From a virus (lineage: Duplodnaviria; Caudoviricetes): a stretch of 64,000 nucleotides of DNA. Under the pieces are notes generated by a model, which saw nothing but the letters and a program-made list of their open reading frames with translations, did no database searches and was not told the origin of the DNA. The position numbers and the translations under genes were made by a program. This document shows positions 9,976-20,279 of this stretch, in pieces; position 1 is the first letter of the stretch, and every line of letters begins with the position of its first letter. The DNA lies in the IMG/VR virus record IMGVR_UViG_3300045596_000094, positions 160,001 through 224,000 of that record; one strand, given 5' to 3'.

Positions 9976-10575
9976 ATGAACGTTTTTATTTGTAACGGTG
10001 CTCCTTTTTCTGGTAAAGATACACTCGTAACTAAGATCCTCTCTTACTTTGGTGAGCACGGTGTACTCACTCGTTTTAAAGATCCGTTATATGCTCGTTT
10101 CTCTGAGAGACACAATCTACCTTTAGAGAAAGTTATTGAAATATGTAATGGTCCTCAGAAGGACCAACCGTGTGATCTAATCGGTGGTTTGATTCCTCGT
10201 CAAGAACTTATCGATATCAGCGAAAACGGTATTAAGAAAGAACTAGGGGAGACAGGCGTAGCTTATCTCACTGCTGAAAATATTCTTTCTACAGAAGAAC
10301 ATGGTCGAAAAACATTTGTTATGCCAGATGGCGGGTTTGAAAAAGAACGTGCATATTTACAAACAGCGTTACGCCGTTTCGGTTTGACTGGGTTATATGT
10401 TTTGCGTATCCTACGTGATGGTTATACCTTTGAAGCTGTAAATGATTCACGTAGTTTTGTTTCTAATCCTGATCTAATCATTGATAATAACGTTCACGAA
10501 TCTGAAGAAGAACGCGGTAACCATATGTTCCAACAATGGAAGGTTTGGTACGAAACTGAAATCATGCAAAAATAA
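9976..10575 (+). CDS. Deoxynucleoside monophosphate (dNMP) kinase
   Basis: P-loop GAPFSGKDT, FKDPL, PRQ.LI and PDGGF..E motifs of phage dNMP kinases. Confidence 0.8.
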   Translation: MNVFICNGAPFSGKDTLVTKILSYFGEHGVLTRFKDPLYARFSERHNLPLEKVIEICNGPQKDQPCDLIGGLIPRQELIDISENGIKKELGETGVAYLTAENILSTEEHGRKTFVMPDGGFEKERAYLQTALRRFGLTGLYVLRILRDGYTFEAVNDSRSFVSNPDLIIDNNVHESEEERGNHMFQQWKVWYETEIMQK

Positions 10576-10584
10576 AAATAGAGC

Positions 10585-10616
10585 ACATATGGAGCGGGTT
10601 TCCCCGCTCTGTATGT
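10585..10616. terminator. Bidirectional terminator between convergent genes
   Basis: ACATATGGAGCGGG / CCCGCTCTGTATGT stem followed by TTATGC. Confidence 0.7.
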
Positions 10617-10624
10617 TTATGCTT

Positions 10625-11176
10625 TTATACACAGGTGCGATTCCCCGTAATGCGGAATTGTTGTGCGTTTTGATAATTGATGGAATAACTAACAATCTCA
10701 CATCTACCATTAATAATCACGTGTGATTCGTAATTATTCATACCGTATGGGTTGTATTCTGGATCTAGGCGATATTGGTCTTCGATGTGGATTTTTGTAT
10801 GGGCTATACCTGTACGTTTTTCAGTATCTAACCAAATAAGGTCGTAAACAGTCTCCATATCCGCTTGTTCATCTGCCCCCATATCCTGCTTAAATGTGGG
10901 TGCGGGAATATCGGCTACAGGTACTTTATCGCTAGCCACTGCAGCAGCACCTATTGCTGCTAGTGCTCGGATATCTTTATCGTTAGGATTTCTATCTACT
11001 TCAATTCCAGGAAATTCTTTAGGGGTACTGTTAGCCATTTGACTATATATTGCTTCGGTTTCTTTTACCTGTTGCTTTTGGTGGTTCTGCCATTTATAAT
11101 AGCCCCAAAATGCAAGGAATATAAAGCCATAAAGGATACAACGTTGTGCTGTGAAAAATTCTTTATTTGTAGACAT
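10625..11176 (-). CDS. Membrane-anchored hypothetical protein
   Basis: AAGGA RBS before MSTNKEFF; single N-terminal TM helix ILYGFIFLAFWGYY. Confidence 0.7.
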   Translation of the reverse strand: MSTNKEFFTAQRCILYGFIFLAFWGYYKWQNHQKQQVKETEAIYSQMANSTPKEFPGIEVDRNPNDKDIRALAAIGAAAVASDKVPVADIPAPTFKQDMGADEQADMETVYDLIWLDTEKRTGIAHTKIHIEDQYRLDPEYNPYGMNNYESHVIINGRCEIVSYSINYQNAQQFRITGNRTCV

Positions 11177-11216
11177 AGCGGTTTCCTTAAATTTGATTAA
11201 TGTCATAGTAGAAGAG

Positions 11217-11238
11217 AGAGTATCCCGAAGGATACTCT
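11217..11238. terminator. Terminator hairpin after nvRNAP beta' gene
   Basis: AGAGTATCC / GGATACTCT stem with cUUCGg loop on the minus strand. Confidence 0.65.
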
Positions 11239-11245
11239 ACTCGGT

Positions 11246-12865
11246 TTATGCTGTCTTTTTACGTTTCTTACGTTTATCTCGACCACCACGTAACCAGTTC
11301 GCCATTGTGAATGTTTGTGGCGCTTGTTGCGTAAATGCTCCAGATACCGTTCTTGGATTGTCCATACTCAGTACAGAACGAGATGGTGCAAGACGAATGA
11401 AACGTTTATCCATTTCTTTATCTAGAATTAACCAGATGTGTAATGCATCGCCGTCAAAGTCTGCATTTGGCCCATTTGTGATATTCACGGACATTGAGAT
11501 TGTACGAATACGAGGATCAGTTTTGACCTTGGTAATTCGACAACGCTGCATTGACGACTTCTCTAGAGAAGGTGGTCGTTGGAAAGTACATGGGATACCA
11601 CCACCAGCTTCCATGATTAGTTCTTGAAAGATCTGATCTAGTAGTGGGTGATAGTTGTTGGTGTGATCATCAATGAACTTGTTTGCTACTTTAGGGGAGT
11701 ACCCTTTTCGCTTTAACTTATTCATGATGTGGGTTCGGAACATCGCTACTGCTGGTGCCCACGGTACATGTAACTCATCATGCTGATGGGTTTCATTGAT
11801 ACTGGTAATTACGGCACGCATAGAGAACGCTAAGCGTCCACCAAATACATGGCGTCGATATTCCCCTTGCTTAGAACCTGCAGTGCCTGAAATAAAGGCT
11901 TTACCAAATTCAGCCATTCGTTTCGTACAATGTACTGCTCGTCGATTACAGACAGAGAACTTAATCTTCTTATCTGAGTTTGCAATGGAAATCCCAATCT
12001 GTTTTACCGCATACATGGCATCGGAGGCTGTAGCCATTGAAACGTCAACCCATGTTCCAGAGTTATTTGTTTCTAATACAACCCCCAAAGAAGAAGGCAT
12101 AGCTAGATATTGAGTAAACACTCGAGTTTTATCCGCAATGTATTTTTCAATAAATATGGCTAATTTACGATCTTCTAGGTTCTTGTCACCTAATGGCGTA
12201 TTCATTAGAAGCCAAGTCCCTTCTACCTTACCTTCGCGTAGATCTTGGAAAGCGGCTGCAACATCTGCATCGGTCATACCTTCGATATTACGTGGTTTCT
12301 TACGTAATAGCATTAAAGACACAAACAGACGCATAATGGTTGCAAAATTATCATGGAAGAAATTGAGATTTCTTTCTTGCTTCGTAAGATTGAAATTCTC
12401 GAGTATCTTAGCATAATCTTTCTGCTTCTTCGGATCTGGATCTGGGTAGGAAGGATTGACAAACCACTCCAACATATTCCAACCAGTCTTTGTGAGGTAG
12501 CGTGAAGTCACTGCCCACCAACCAGGAGCAATGAACTTATTAACACCATCAGGGGTACGTACCCACAGGTTAGATTCCAAGGGTTTATCTAAAATATCTA
12601 GACATTCGGTATTACAATTCGGACAAATGAGTCCTTTATTGAATGGTCCAGACATTTCCCCACATGAACATTTTGGAACTGCTTTCATTACATCGCCTTG
12701 GTAGCGTGTATAAAGCAGCGAGTTCAGCTTATCCTGTCCTTCCTTTGTTGTAGTATCGATATCGTTTGCTATTAATACTGGATAAGTTGCCGATGCTACG
12801 ATTCTCTCGTAATCCGGAAAATCTGGCATCTCTGTTGTGGCAATAGGTGGTGGGAAACTTAACAT
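11246..12865 (-). CDS. Non-virion RNA polymerase beta' N-terminal subunit (phiKZ gp55-like)
   Basis: Zinc finger CSCG...CPNC, R..VFGGR..FS.RAVI, QRPPSL and catalytic NADFDGD; directly follows chimallin. Confidence 0.92.
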   Translation of the reverse strand: MLSFPPPIATTEMPDFPDYERIVASATYPVLIANDIDTTTKEGQDKLNSLLYTRYQGDVMKAVPKCSCGEMSGPFNKGLICPNCNTECLDILDKPLESNLWVRTPDGVNKFIAPGWWAVTSRYLTKTGWNMLEWFVNPSYPDPDPKKQKDYAKILENFNLTKQERNLNFFHDNFATIMRLFVSLMLLRKKPRNIEGMTDADVAAAFQDLREGKVEGTWLLMNTPLGDKNLEDRKLAIFIEKYIADKTRVFTQYLAMPSSLGVVLETNNSGTWVDVSMATASDAMYAVKQIGISIANSDKKIKFSVCNRRAVHCTKRMAEFGKAFISGTAGSKQGEYRRHVFGGRLAFSMRAVITSINETHQHDELHVPWAPAVAMFRTHIMNKLKRKGYSPKVANKFIDDHTNNYHPLLDQIFQELIMEAGGGIPCTFQRPPSLEKSSMQRCRITKVKTDPRIRTISMSVNITNGPNADFDGDALHIWLILDKEMDKRFIRLAPSRSVLSMDNPRTVSGAFTQQAPQTFTMANWLRGGRDKRKKRKKTA

Positions 12866-12907
12866 TATTGTTCTTCCATAATCAGATAAATAAAAAAGAG
12901 GGTATAA

Positions 12908-12935
12908 AAGAAAGCTGGCCGAAACCAGCTTTCTT
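12908..12935 (-). terminator. Terminator after chimallin
   Basis: AAGAAAGCTGG / CCAGCTTTCTT stem, U-rich 3' flank on the minus strand. Confidence 0.7.
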
Positions 12936-12955
12936 AGATCTTATTTAATTACCGA

Positions 12956-15082
12956 TTAACCGTAGAAGTTAAATGGTCGTGCTTCACCGATGTTGTAGAT
13001 TGAACCTTGAAGCTGTGAAGAAGCCTGTTGATACAAACCAGAACCTACGTTTGGATCTACCATTACAGAAGACCAATCTTGGATCGTTTGAGTGTAGACT
13101 TGTTGTTGAGAGTTTAACAAAGTATTGTTAGAGTTCAACGTGAAGCCTGTCTTCTCGATTGCTTCAACCAATGCTGTAACGAAAGCAGCAGAAAGGTCAA
13201 ATTTAGTTGTATAACCTTTTACATGTACTTCTGAGCAAAGCGCACGGAAGATACGTAGGCGGTTATCTAAACGCACCAATGGTTCTTCGATCGTAGTTAC
13301 AGTCGTAGCCAAGTAGTCCTGCACTAATTGAATATTACCAGCGGCAATGTTCAAAATAGCAAGTAAGTCTAGTTCACGTAAATCGCGGTATTCACCTTCT
13401 GGGTTTTTGTAGAAACCAGTATGGTTACGGTCACGAGTTTCACGAACAACAGGAATACCAGCTGCTGCTTCAATAGAAACACCACATTTCGCCGCGTAGA
13501 TAGAACGGAAACGACCACCCGTTAAGTTATCTGCCGCATTTACGATTGCTGCGTTTGCATTGCTACCATCAGTACCTGCAGCTTTAGCAAATACATCCAA
13601 TAACCAGCCATTAGAAGAAGCTTGTTCAATTTCTAATGTATATACTGGGCTTGGAGAAATTGCTGTTGCGATTAACTGTTGAAGTTGTTGATCAGATTCA
13701 ATAGTTAAAAGACCGGGCTGATTATCTTGAGCCAAGTGAGGAAGCTGCCAGCCCAAAGCACCAAGGTTACGTAAGTTACCACCAGTAGAACGGTTGTAGC
13801 TATCGCTCCACTGAATACCATAGCCACGGTTACGGTTCAGTGTAGTTAAGTTCGCGATACCCAATACTGCAAATTCTAAAGCAGAACCAGTCATACGTGA
13901 AACCAACTGAGTGATTGTAATACGTGGAACGTAATGGTATTGCGGTTGACCTTGTTGGAACATTGGGAAGTTGTTCGCTGCACCAAATGTTGATTGTGGA
14001 GCTGTGTATAGCAAATCTACATACGCAGCAGAATCAGTTAATTCGCGCTGAGTATTAGATTGAATCACTTGTTGCTTAGCGCTACGATACTGCATGATCA
14101 ACTTCGCAGTAATGTCAGAACGCACTGGTAAACCTGTTGCAGTGTGTTTGTCTTCATTTACAGCAAATTTACTTACGATAGAAACGTTTGGATCAGTTTT
14201 AATTTTATCCAAGTTAAATGCGTAAGCTTGGGCTTGAGGATCGCAACGACGAAGAGTAGCATCGATTGCGTCAGCAGCTTCGTTCAAGATTTTAGTTACT
14301 GTAATTTCGTCACGTACATTTGTTTGGCTGTAGATAACCTGCAGACCAGCATCAACAATGTTTGTTTCGTTTTTGTAGTAACGAGAAACTTCTTTGTGGA
14401 CCAAGTGTTTCAAATCATCTTTAAACGCATCAACCGGAGTAAGAATGATTTCAATTACATTGCCATGAACTTGCTGTGTTAAAGTTTCCAATGGTGGTCG
14501 TGAAGTTTCTAAGATCCAGCTTTGAACTGCAATTGTATTTTTGTTGTTTACTGATTGGAAAGTAGAAACAGCAAGAACAGTAAAGCTACCAGTTACCGAT
14601 TTCGGTACAACATGGAAGTTTAATACGCCTTGAGAGTTTGCACCACTAATCGTAGATTTGTCCTGAATTTCTTTTACCATTTTCAAAAGGGCAGCTGCAT
14701 CAGTATCGCCTTGGTCAGCTACTTGGAAACGTGGGTTATAATGGTCGAACATCATTTGAGCTGTGTTTGCGAAAGAGTTAGACATTGAAGGAGTCCCTTG
14801 ATATTGAGTTTGCGTTTGAGTTTGTTGAGCGTTAGTGTTATTGGTAGTAGTACGCTCCTGACTTGCTACCTTAGTTGCCTGAGCCATTGCTTGACCCATT
14901 GCCGTTTGCGGAACTGGTTCCACAACTGGAGAGACAGTTGCTTTTTCTGGAACTGGTTCAACCTTCGGTTCTGGTTGTGGCTCAGCGGTTCGTTCCTGAT
15001 GCTCGGCTTGTGCCTGAGCTTGAGCTAATGCAGCAGCATCTGCTTCACGTTGTTTCTCATTAGCTTTCTTTTGAACTGCCAT
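12956..15082 (-). CDS. chmA: Chimallin, phage nuclear shell protein (phiKZ gp54-like)
   Basis: About 700 aa; GLPVRSD, Y.PRI.IT, LRNLGALG and GFY....G..RDLRELD.LA motifs; directly upstream of the nvRNAP beta' gene; strongly biased codon use; GGAG RBS before MAVQKK at 15082. Confidence 0.88.
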   Translation of the reverse strand: MAVQKKANEKQREADAAALAQAQAQAEHQERTAEPQPEPKVEPVPEKATVSPVVEPVPQTAMGQAMAQATKVASQERTTTNNTNAQQTQTQTQYQGTPSMSNSFANTAQMMFDHYNPRFQVADQGDTDAAALLKMVKEIQDKSTISGANSQGVLNFHVVPKSVTGSFTVLAVSTFQSVNNKNTIAVQSWILETSRPPLETLTQQVHGNVIEIILTPVDAFKDDLKHLVHKEVSRYYKNETNIVDAGLQVIYSQTNVRDEITVTKILNEAADAIDATLRRCDPQAQAYAFNLDKIKTDPNVSIVSKFAVNEDKHTATGLPVRSDITAKLIMQYRSAKQQVIQSNTQRELTDSAAYVDLLYTAPQSTFGAANNFPMFQQGQPQYHYVPRITITQLVSRMTGSALEFAVLGIANLTTLNRNRGYGIQWSDSYNRSTGGNLRNLGALGWQLPHLAQDNQPGLLTIESDQQLQQLIATAISPSPVYTLEIEQASSNGWLLDVFAKAAGTDGSNANAAIVNAADNLTGGRFRSIYAAKCGVSIEAAAGIPVVRETRDRNHTGFYKNPEGEYRDLRELDLLAILNIAAGNIQLVQDYLATTVTTIEEPLVRLDNRLRIFRALCSEVHVKGYTTKFDLSAAFVTALVEAIEKTGFTLNSNNTLLNSQQQVYTQTIQDWSSVMVDPNVGSGLYQQASSQLQGSIYNIGEARPFNFYG

Positions 15083-15153
15083 TTGAGATCTCCAAATAAT
15101 AAGTTTATACAACAATATTGATCAATATTGAATAGTAACTCTACCATTCAAGT

Positions 15154-15174
15154 TTATAGTGTAAGCCTAAAAAT
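15154..15174 (-). promoter_or_regulatory. Putative early promoter of chimallin (TTTAGGCTTACACTAT-N5-TGAAT)
   Basis: Member of the recurrent motif family. Confidence 0.65.
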
Positions 15175-15313
15175 CTTTTAAATGAGATTTTTTGAGATAC
15201 TAGATTCCTGTATGCGCCCCGACGAAAGGGCATTAGTTCTATAGTATATAGTAAACGACATTTATTTTTTACACGAATACTGTGATACCCATTTAGCATA
15301 TCAGAGATTAGTC

Positions 15314-16402
15314 ATGCTTAACATATTCAATCCACCGTTCATGGGCGGTCGGACACCACCTGTTCTACCGATGTACGATTACGTCGTACGAACAATGAAT
15401 CGAGAAATGAGTCGCGTTAAAGACTACTACCGAGAGAATAACTTCTCTTTAGAGAACACGCATCGAATCATCAAATTATTGATTGATCTTCAATCGTATA
15501 TGGATTGTAGTCCGGAAACACTCGTTAGGGCTGTACGTATTGATCTACCAAGATTATGTCGAACATACGGAATTACATCTGCTTTGGGTAATGGGGGTAT
15601 CCAAACTCGCGGCGAAATGTTTAAACAAAATTGTGCTGACGTTTTTATCTCTGTAGAATACGATTTCGATGTAAAAAAATGCTATACCTATTTTCAACAA
15701 CTGCAACCCATTAAAGTTCTGAGCCATGATTTTACCGATATTGGTTTTGGCTTGGCTAATGGTAAATATAATAGTCAAGAATATGGTACATGCGTTTTCT
15801 CTATTGATATCACCATGCTCGCTTTACAGTTTAAGGCGTGGTGGGATAAAGAACGTTACATCAAAGAGCAAGACATCAATCTCCCCACCCATATTTTCGC
15901 TCAGCGTTACCCTATCGTAAATATACTTGGGACACATACCGATATTGCTATTTTCAATCGTTTAATTTCGTTATTGAAAGGTAAAGAAATTCCAAACAGT
16001 CGAAACCAACACAGTTTCATGGTGGCTGATGTTAGCCCGCAATTAGATAAAACGCATTTACAGCTAATAGATAAACTAAAAGCTACAAAAACAGATTATC
16101 TACAAAGACTAAACGCGATACCGTCACTGCAGTTCGGTTCATACTTCCGTTCAACGAATCATCCAGATCTAGCTGTCACAAGGAATAATCGTTGGGCGAT
16201 GACTTTAGCCAGATTGAACACTGTGGAGTTTCTCCTAGAAGTGGATAGAGTATCCAATAGCGAAGCTACAAATATGTACGAGCGAGAATTGATGGCTCGC
16301 GAACTTCGTATAATGTTTAATGACCGATCATTAACTCCATATTTACCTACAGTTACAGTAGATCGAATTACCCGAGTATATTCTGAAGTGAGTAGAGAGT
16401 AG
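15314..16402 (+). CDS. Conserved jumbo-phage protein (phiKZ gp52-like, probable virion protein)
   Basis: 362 aa on the opposite strand between DNA polymerase and chimallin, as in phiKZ-like genomes. Confidence 0.6.
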   Translation: MLNIFNPPFMGGRTPPVLPMYDYVVRTMNREMSRVKDYYRENNFSLENTHRIIKLLIDLQSYMDCSPETLVRAVRIDLPRLCRTYGITSALGNGGIQTRGEMFKQNCADVFISVEYDFDVKKCYTYFQQLQPIKVLSHDFTDIGFGLANGKYNSQEYGTCVFSIDITMLALQFKAWWDKERYIKEQDINLPTHIFAQRYPIVNILGTHTDIAIFNRLISLLKGKEIPNSRNQHSFMVADVSPQLDKTHLQLIDKLKATKTDYLQRLNAIPSLQFGSYFRSTNHPDLAVTRNNRWAMTLARLNTVEFLLEVDRVSNSEATNMYERELMARELRIMFNDRSLTPYLPTVTVDRITRVYSEVSRE

Positions 16403-16419
16403 CCTTAGGGCTACTCTCT
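16394..16419. terminator. Bidirectional terminator
   Basis: AGAGAGTAGCC / GGCTACTCTCT between convergent genes. Confidence 0.75.
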
Positions 16420-16431
16420 GACTTATGTCTT

Positions 16432-18651
16432 TTAATCGTCGTCCCCGTCACCCATATAGAGAACAGTATATTCCTCCTCTACCAATGGAATGCCGTAAAT
16501 CATTCCATCTTCAGGAAGAGAATACTCGTCAGATAGAATCCGTGTTTTCTTATCATTCTTCATGTAGAATCCTAAAGATTCAAGAACAATGTAGAATGTT
16601 TTCAATACTTCAGATACAATCCCACGAATATCTACCACCCCACGAATCTCTTTCGGGATACCATGGGTAGCTAAAGCTTCACGCGGTAAACGGAAAAGTT
16701 TAACATCGTTTTTACGGTTGTCCTCCACCCAACGTTCTAGATTACGACGAATCGTAATATCGTCAATTGAATCCAACCAAGCTTTTACGGCAGTCTTATT
16801 CGGAAGACTTACTGATACCTTGATTGCCCGATAAGGGGGTTCTGGCGCTTGACCGTATTTCGCACCAAACACCTCGTTCCAGAAAGTGTAACTCTGATAT
16901 GCTACTGCGTCTTCGCCTTGAGAGTACGATTCTGAACCTTTAATCTGAACACCATTCATAAACTCGAAACCACCATTATAGATATCATCAATAATACGTT
17001 TCTCTAGTTCAAGAATCGGACGAAGTGCTTGATCTACTGTAATTGGTTTATTGTTCATGATAGAATCAATAATCCAACGCATATAGTTGTGTGCTTGCTC
17101 ATTAATAAAAGGTGGTACATTCGATGAACGAAGGTTTACACCCTTCACTTCCAGAATACGTTTATTCGTCGCATACACGTTACCTTCACCCGCAGTGATA
17201 AGTGTGAAATAATGTTTGGCTAACGAGGTTAATGTATAGACTGGGAAGATATATTCATTCTTCATTTCTAACTGTGTGAGTTGAGAAGGATCAACCCCCA
17301 AGTTAGCCGAATACATCATTAGGGTATGTGTTGTTAAACCCGCAATTAAGAAAGTTACAACATATTCAATTGACATCGCCTCGTGACTGAAAGGGATATC
17401 GCCACCATACTTATCACACCAATACTGCGTTGTAAAGATCGTTGAATCTGTATCTGAAGTCGGTACAGACTTACGTCTAGAGTTCGGGAATTGTGCAATC
17501 GAGTGTGGCAGATAATCGGCTTTCAAGAAAGCAGATATAAACTTCTGGTATCTAGAGCAAACCTCTTGCATGTTCTGCGCAGTCAATGCTACTGCGTGAT
17601 ACGCTTCTGGTTTCTTCTCCTGAGCATCGGTAAGTAACATCCCTGAGATGATAGGTGAGCAGAGTAAAGAAGCAATGGCTGTGAAGTTATCATCTAACCC
17701 CTTAATAATACTTTCAGGATCGGGATGCGTACCTTCTTTCATCTCGGCTAATGACTTTAAGAACACTTTGACAAAATCACCATTATGTTTGTCAATGTGA
17801 TATAGGTCACCTGAATAAAGCCATGCTGCTCGCTCAGCATCGGTAAGTGATTTCAGTGTTTCGTAGATCTCACGCTCATGTTTTTCACTTGTCCAATAAT
17901 ACTGACTCGAATGGCGTACTGCCTCCATGCAATCATCAGCAGTTGGTCGATGAATACCCATGGTGTTGAAACATTCTTCTATCGTAGCAGTGTCGCTATA
18001 TTGCGCCGCTGTAAGAATGTGGAACGTTACAATTGCTGGAGCGTAATAGTGTCGTAACCCACCTAGAATCTTTTCATTATTCGAGTTCGCATAACTTGTA
18101 GCACAACGACAAGTGGATGTTAACGAAGAGTGTGAGGACTTATTATACCCAGGGGTACTTGAAGAAGCATGTGTTCCAGATACAGAGTTATTCTTTACCT
18201 TTCGGGATTCCTGTAAGGTTTTAAAATAAGCTGCTGCCTCATCTTCAGCACGCATACGACAAACAAACATTTGTTTCTTGTCTGCTTTACGTAAATTCAT
18301 GTTTAGCTGAATGTACTCAGCTAAAATAGATTTTTTGATCTTGGGAGGAACGTAACAGGTTAGACTTGGTGCAATGATATATCCATCGCTATTCAACGCA
18401 TCAAGGTATTCAAATAACCCACGCTCACAAATCTCACGGTCACCGTTTTCTTTTCGTCTAAGGAACATTACCTTAGGGTCTTTTAAAGCGAAAGCACCGT
18501 TCAAACCAACAACTTTATTGACATAATCCAAAGCATAGTCAAAAGTGACGTTTCTTCTTTTCATTAAGTAGAAAGCAAGATCTTTTTTGGCAATATCTAA
18601 GACATCATATTCCCGTATATATGTTTCGGGAGGGCGTGTAAAATAACCCAT
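16432..18651 (-). CDS. Family-B DNA polymerase, polymerase subunit (phiKZ gp50-like)
   Basis: Motif B K..NNSVSG, motif C SDTDSTIF, AKHY and EVKGV; no exonuclease motifs seen. Confidence 0.9.
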   Translation of the reverse strand: MGYFTRPPETYIREYDVLDIAKKDLAFYLMKRRNVTFDYALDYVNKVVGLNGAFALKDPKVMFLRRKENGDREICERGLFEYLDALNSDGYIIAPSLTCYVPPKIKKSILAEYIQLNMNLRKADKKQMFVCRMRAEDEAAAYFKTLQESRKVKNNSVSGTHASSSTPGYNKSSHSSLTSTCRCATSYANSNNEKILGGLRHYYAPAIVTFHILTAAQYSDTATIEECFNTMGIHRPTADDCMEAVRHSSQYYWTSEKHEREIYETLKSLTDAERAAWLYSGDLYHIDKHNGDFVKVFLKSLAEMKEGTHPDPESIIKGLDDNFTAIASLLCSPIISGMLLTDAQEKKPEAYHAVALTAQNMQEVCSRYQKFISAFLKADYLPHSIAQFPNSRRKSVPTSDTDSTIFTTQYWCDKYGGDIPFSHEAMSIEYVVTFLIAGLTTHTLMMYSANLGVDPSQLTQLEMKNEYIFPVYTLTSLAKHYFTLITAGEGNVYATNKRILEVKGVNLRSSNVPPFINEQAHNYMRWIIDSIMNNKPITVDQALRPILELEKRIIDDIYNGGFEFMNGVQIKGSESYSQGEDAVAYQSYTFWNEVFGAKYGQAPEPPYRAIKVSVSLPNKTAVKAWLDSIDDITIRRNLERWVEDNRKNDVKLFRLPREALATHGIPKEIRGVVDIRGIVSEVLKTFYIVLESLGFYMKNDKKTRILSDEYSLPEDGMIYGIPLVEEEYTVLYMGDGDDD

Positions 18652-18740
18652 TGTTAATTCCTTCGACTACCTTTACATACCTTAGTCAAACAGCATAAAA
18701 AATAATTACCCGACCCCATTTGGAGTCAGGTATTATCCCA

Positions 18741-19145
18741 TTAAAGACTTTTAGTCACAATGTTACTTACAGTGTAGTTACGTGAAGATAAAAGTGCTCG
18801 AATATCGTCAATATCCGAAACACCGGATCCACTGATGGTGATAATGATATCTGTTTTAGATACTGTTTTCACACTTAATGGATCAATCCATGGTAACCCT
18901 ACAGCTGTAACATCCCCGACCGCTGGGCGTATGATAGCATATAGATACCCACGATAGTCGTTAGGTGTACCTTCAGGTAAGGTCGGGTAAACTAACTGAT
19001 GTTTCACAGCTGGGTCAATATATTTCACCTGATCCCATGTCGTGATCCCTTCTAGGATAACATCTGTAAAATTATCACTAATTACTGCTTCAGGAATCAG
19101 TCGAAAGGAAACGGTTTTCCCAACCTGGTCTAATGTTAAGGACAT
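18741..19145 (-). CDS. Conserved SH3-like fold protein (phiKZ gp49-like)
   Basis: H..VYPTLP.GTP.D...Y.Y and VGLPWI motifs; adjacent to the polymerase. Confidence 0.65.
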   Translation of the reverse strand: MSLTLDQVGKTVSFRLIPEAVISDNFTDVILEGITTWDQVKYIDPAVKHQLVYPTLPEGTPNDYRGYLYAIIRPAVGDVTAVGLPWIDPLSVKTVSKTDIIITISGSGVSDIDDIRALLSSRNYTVSNIVTKSL

Positions 19146-19148
19146 TTC

Positions 19149-19463
19149 TTACTCCAAGCTCAATATTACGGTATTAGGTTCTTCAGAGACACGTATGTCT
19201 TTCAATCGGGATGCGGGAATACCGAACCCAACTATTCGACCTCTGAGTTCACAAAGTACCCGTGAAAGACGCGGGTACTGTTCGCTGTACTGTGACCCAT
19301 CAACAAGCAAATAGTGAACCAAAGAACCGAATCCCTTAGGGTGTTCCATAAAGCACTCGATTGGTTCATCACGGTATCCGTCTTGCTGAAGAAGGTCTGG
19401 TAGGTCTAAAACGATTTCCTCAGTATTGAGGGTCGTTACCTGTATTTTTATTTGTGTTGCCAT
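19149..19463 (-). CDS. Hypothetical protein
   Basis: 104 aa, tandem array member. Confidence 0.65.
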   Translation of the reverse strand: MATQIKIQVTTLNTEEIVLDLPDLLQQDGYRDEPIECFMEHPKGFGSLVHYLLVDGSQYSEQYPRLSRVLCELRGRIVGFGIPASRLKDIRVSEEPNTVILSLE

Positions 19464-19842
19464 CTGGTTTACCTAGTTGAATATGGAAAGGTCCTTCGAA
19501 TCCAACGAAACGCCACGGACATGAGCCGTCACTATCGAACCATTGGAATTCTTTAAACTTTTGTTTTAGAGCGTAGATAAGCTGTAAACAACAAGCGGAC
19601 ATGTTTTCTATTTGACCGTTACAAAACGGATAGAGGTGATATTTCATATTCAGTAAAAATAACTGAAGATCTTCTTCATATCTTGAACTACCTGCGACAC
19701 TCACGCACTCTGACACAATCGATTCTGTAGTATAGGGGATTTGTCGGTACTGTGCTGTATTGTCACCGATGGATGGTGCCATCTCCATCAGTGCGCCGTT
19801 TACCTGCAAAACCAATTCCGCTAAACCTAAAGTAATAAACAT
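19420..19842 (-). CDS. Hypothetical protein
   Basis: 140 aa, AGGA RBS, array member. Confidence 0.7.
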   Translation of the reverse strand: MFITLGLAELVLQVNGALMEMAPSIGDNTAQYRQIPYTTESIVSECVSVAGSSRYEEDLQLFLLNMKYHLYPFCNGQIENMSACCLQLIYALKQKFKEFQWFDSDGSCPWRFVGFEGPFHIQLGKPDGNTNKNTGNDPQY

Positions 19843-19856
19843 AATAAATATCCTAA

Positions 19857-20279
19857 TTAAGTAATTGTGATTTTGAGACCGTCAGTATCGAGCCTACCTG
19901 CTTTGATCTTACGACCATTGCACATAGACTGGCTGATTAACTGCGTGACGAAAGGATTGCCCGTATAAAACATACGTAGGTATTTAAAAACAAATATTAG
20001 ATCGTGAAGAAGCATACTCACAGGATCTGTATTCGGGTCAGACATTATACCTATATAAGCGGCATACACCGCGTCACTAGATTGAGATAAAACGATACTT
20101 GATGCAAACTGTCTGAGTTCAATAAATGAATCAATACGAGGGGTTAAACCCTGTATTGAGTTCAGGTAAGTGAAATAGATTAACTCTTCACTTCCAATGA
20201 GTGGGACTATTCGTTCCATTACCTTGGAATATATTCCAACATAAGGTGGGATGGGTATAGTTAATTCGATATCCGACAC
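19857..20279 (-). CDS. Hypothetical protein
   Basis: 140 aa, GTG start; LTIPIPP similar to 22465..23310. Confidence 0.7.
   Translation of the reverse strand: MSDIELTIPIPPYVGIYSKVMERIVPLIGSEELIYFTYLNSIQGLTPRIDSFIELRQFASSIVLSQSSDAVYAAYIGIMSDPNTDPVSMLLHDLIFVFKYLRMFYTGNPFVTQLISQSMCNGRKIKAGRLDTDGLKITIT

Noticed and set aside
11246-12865. Intron/intein in RNAP or DNA polymerase genes
   Set aside because: All RNAP and polymerase ORFs in the window are continuous and of expected size, with no intein termini or embedded endonuclease ORFs.
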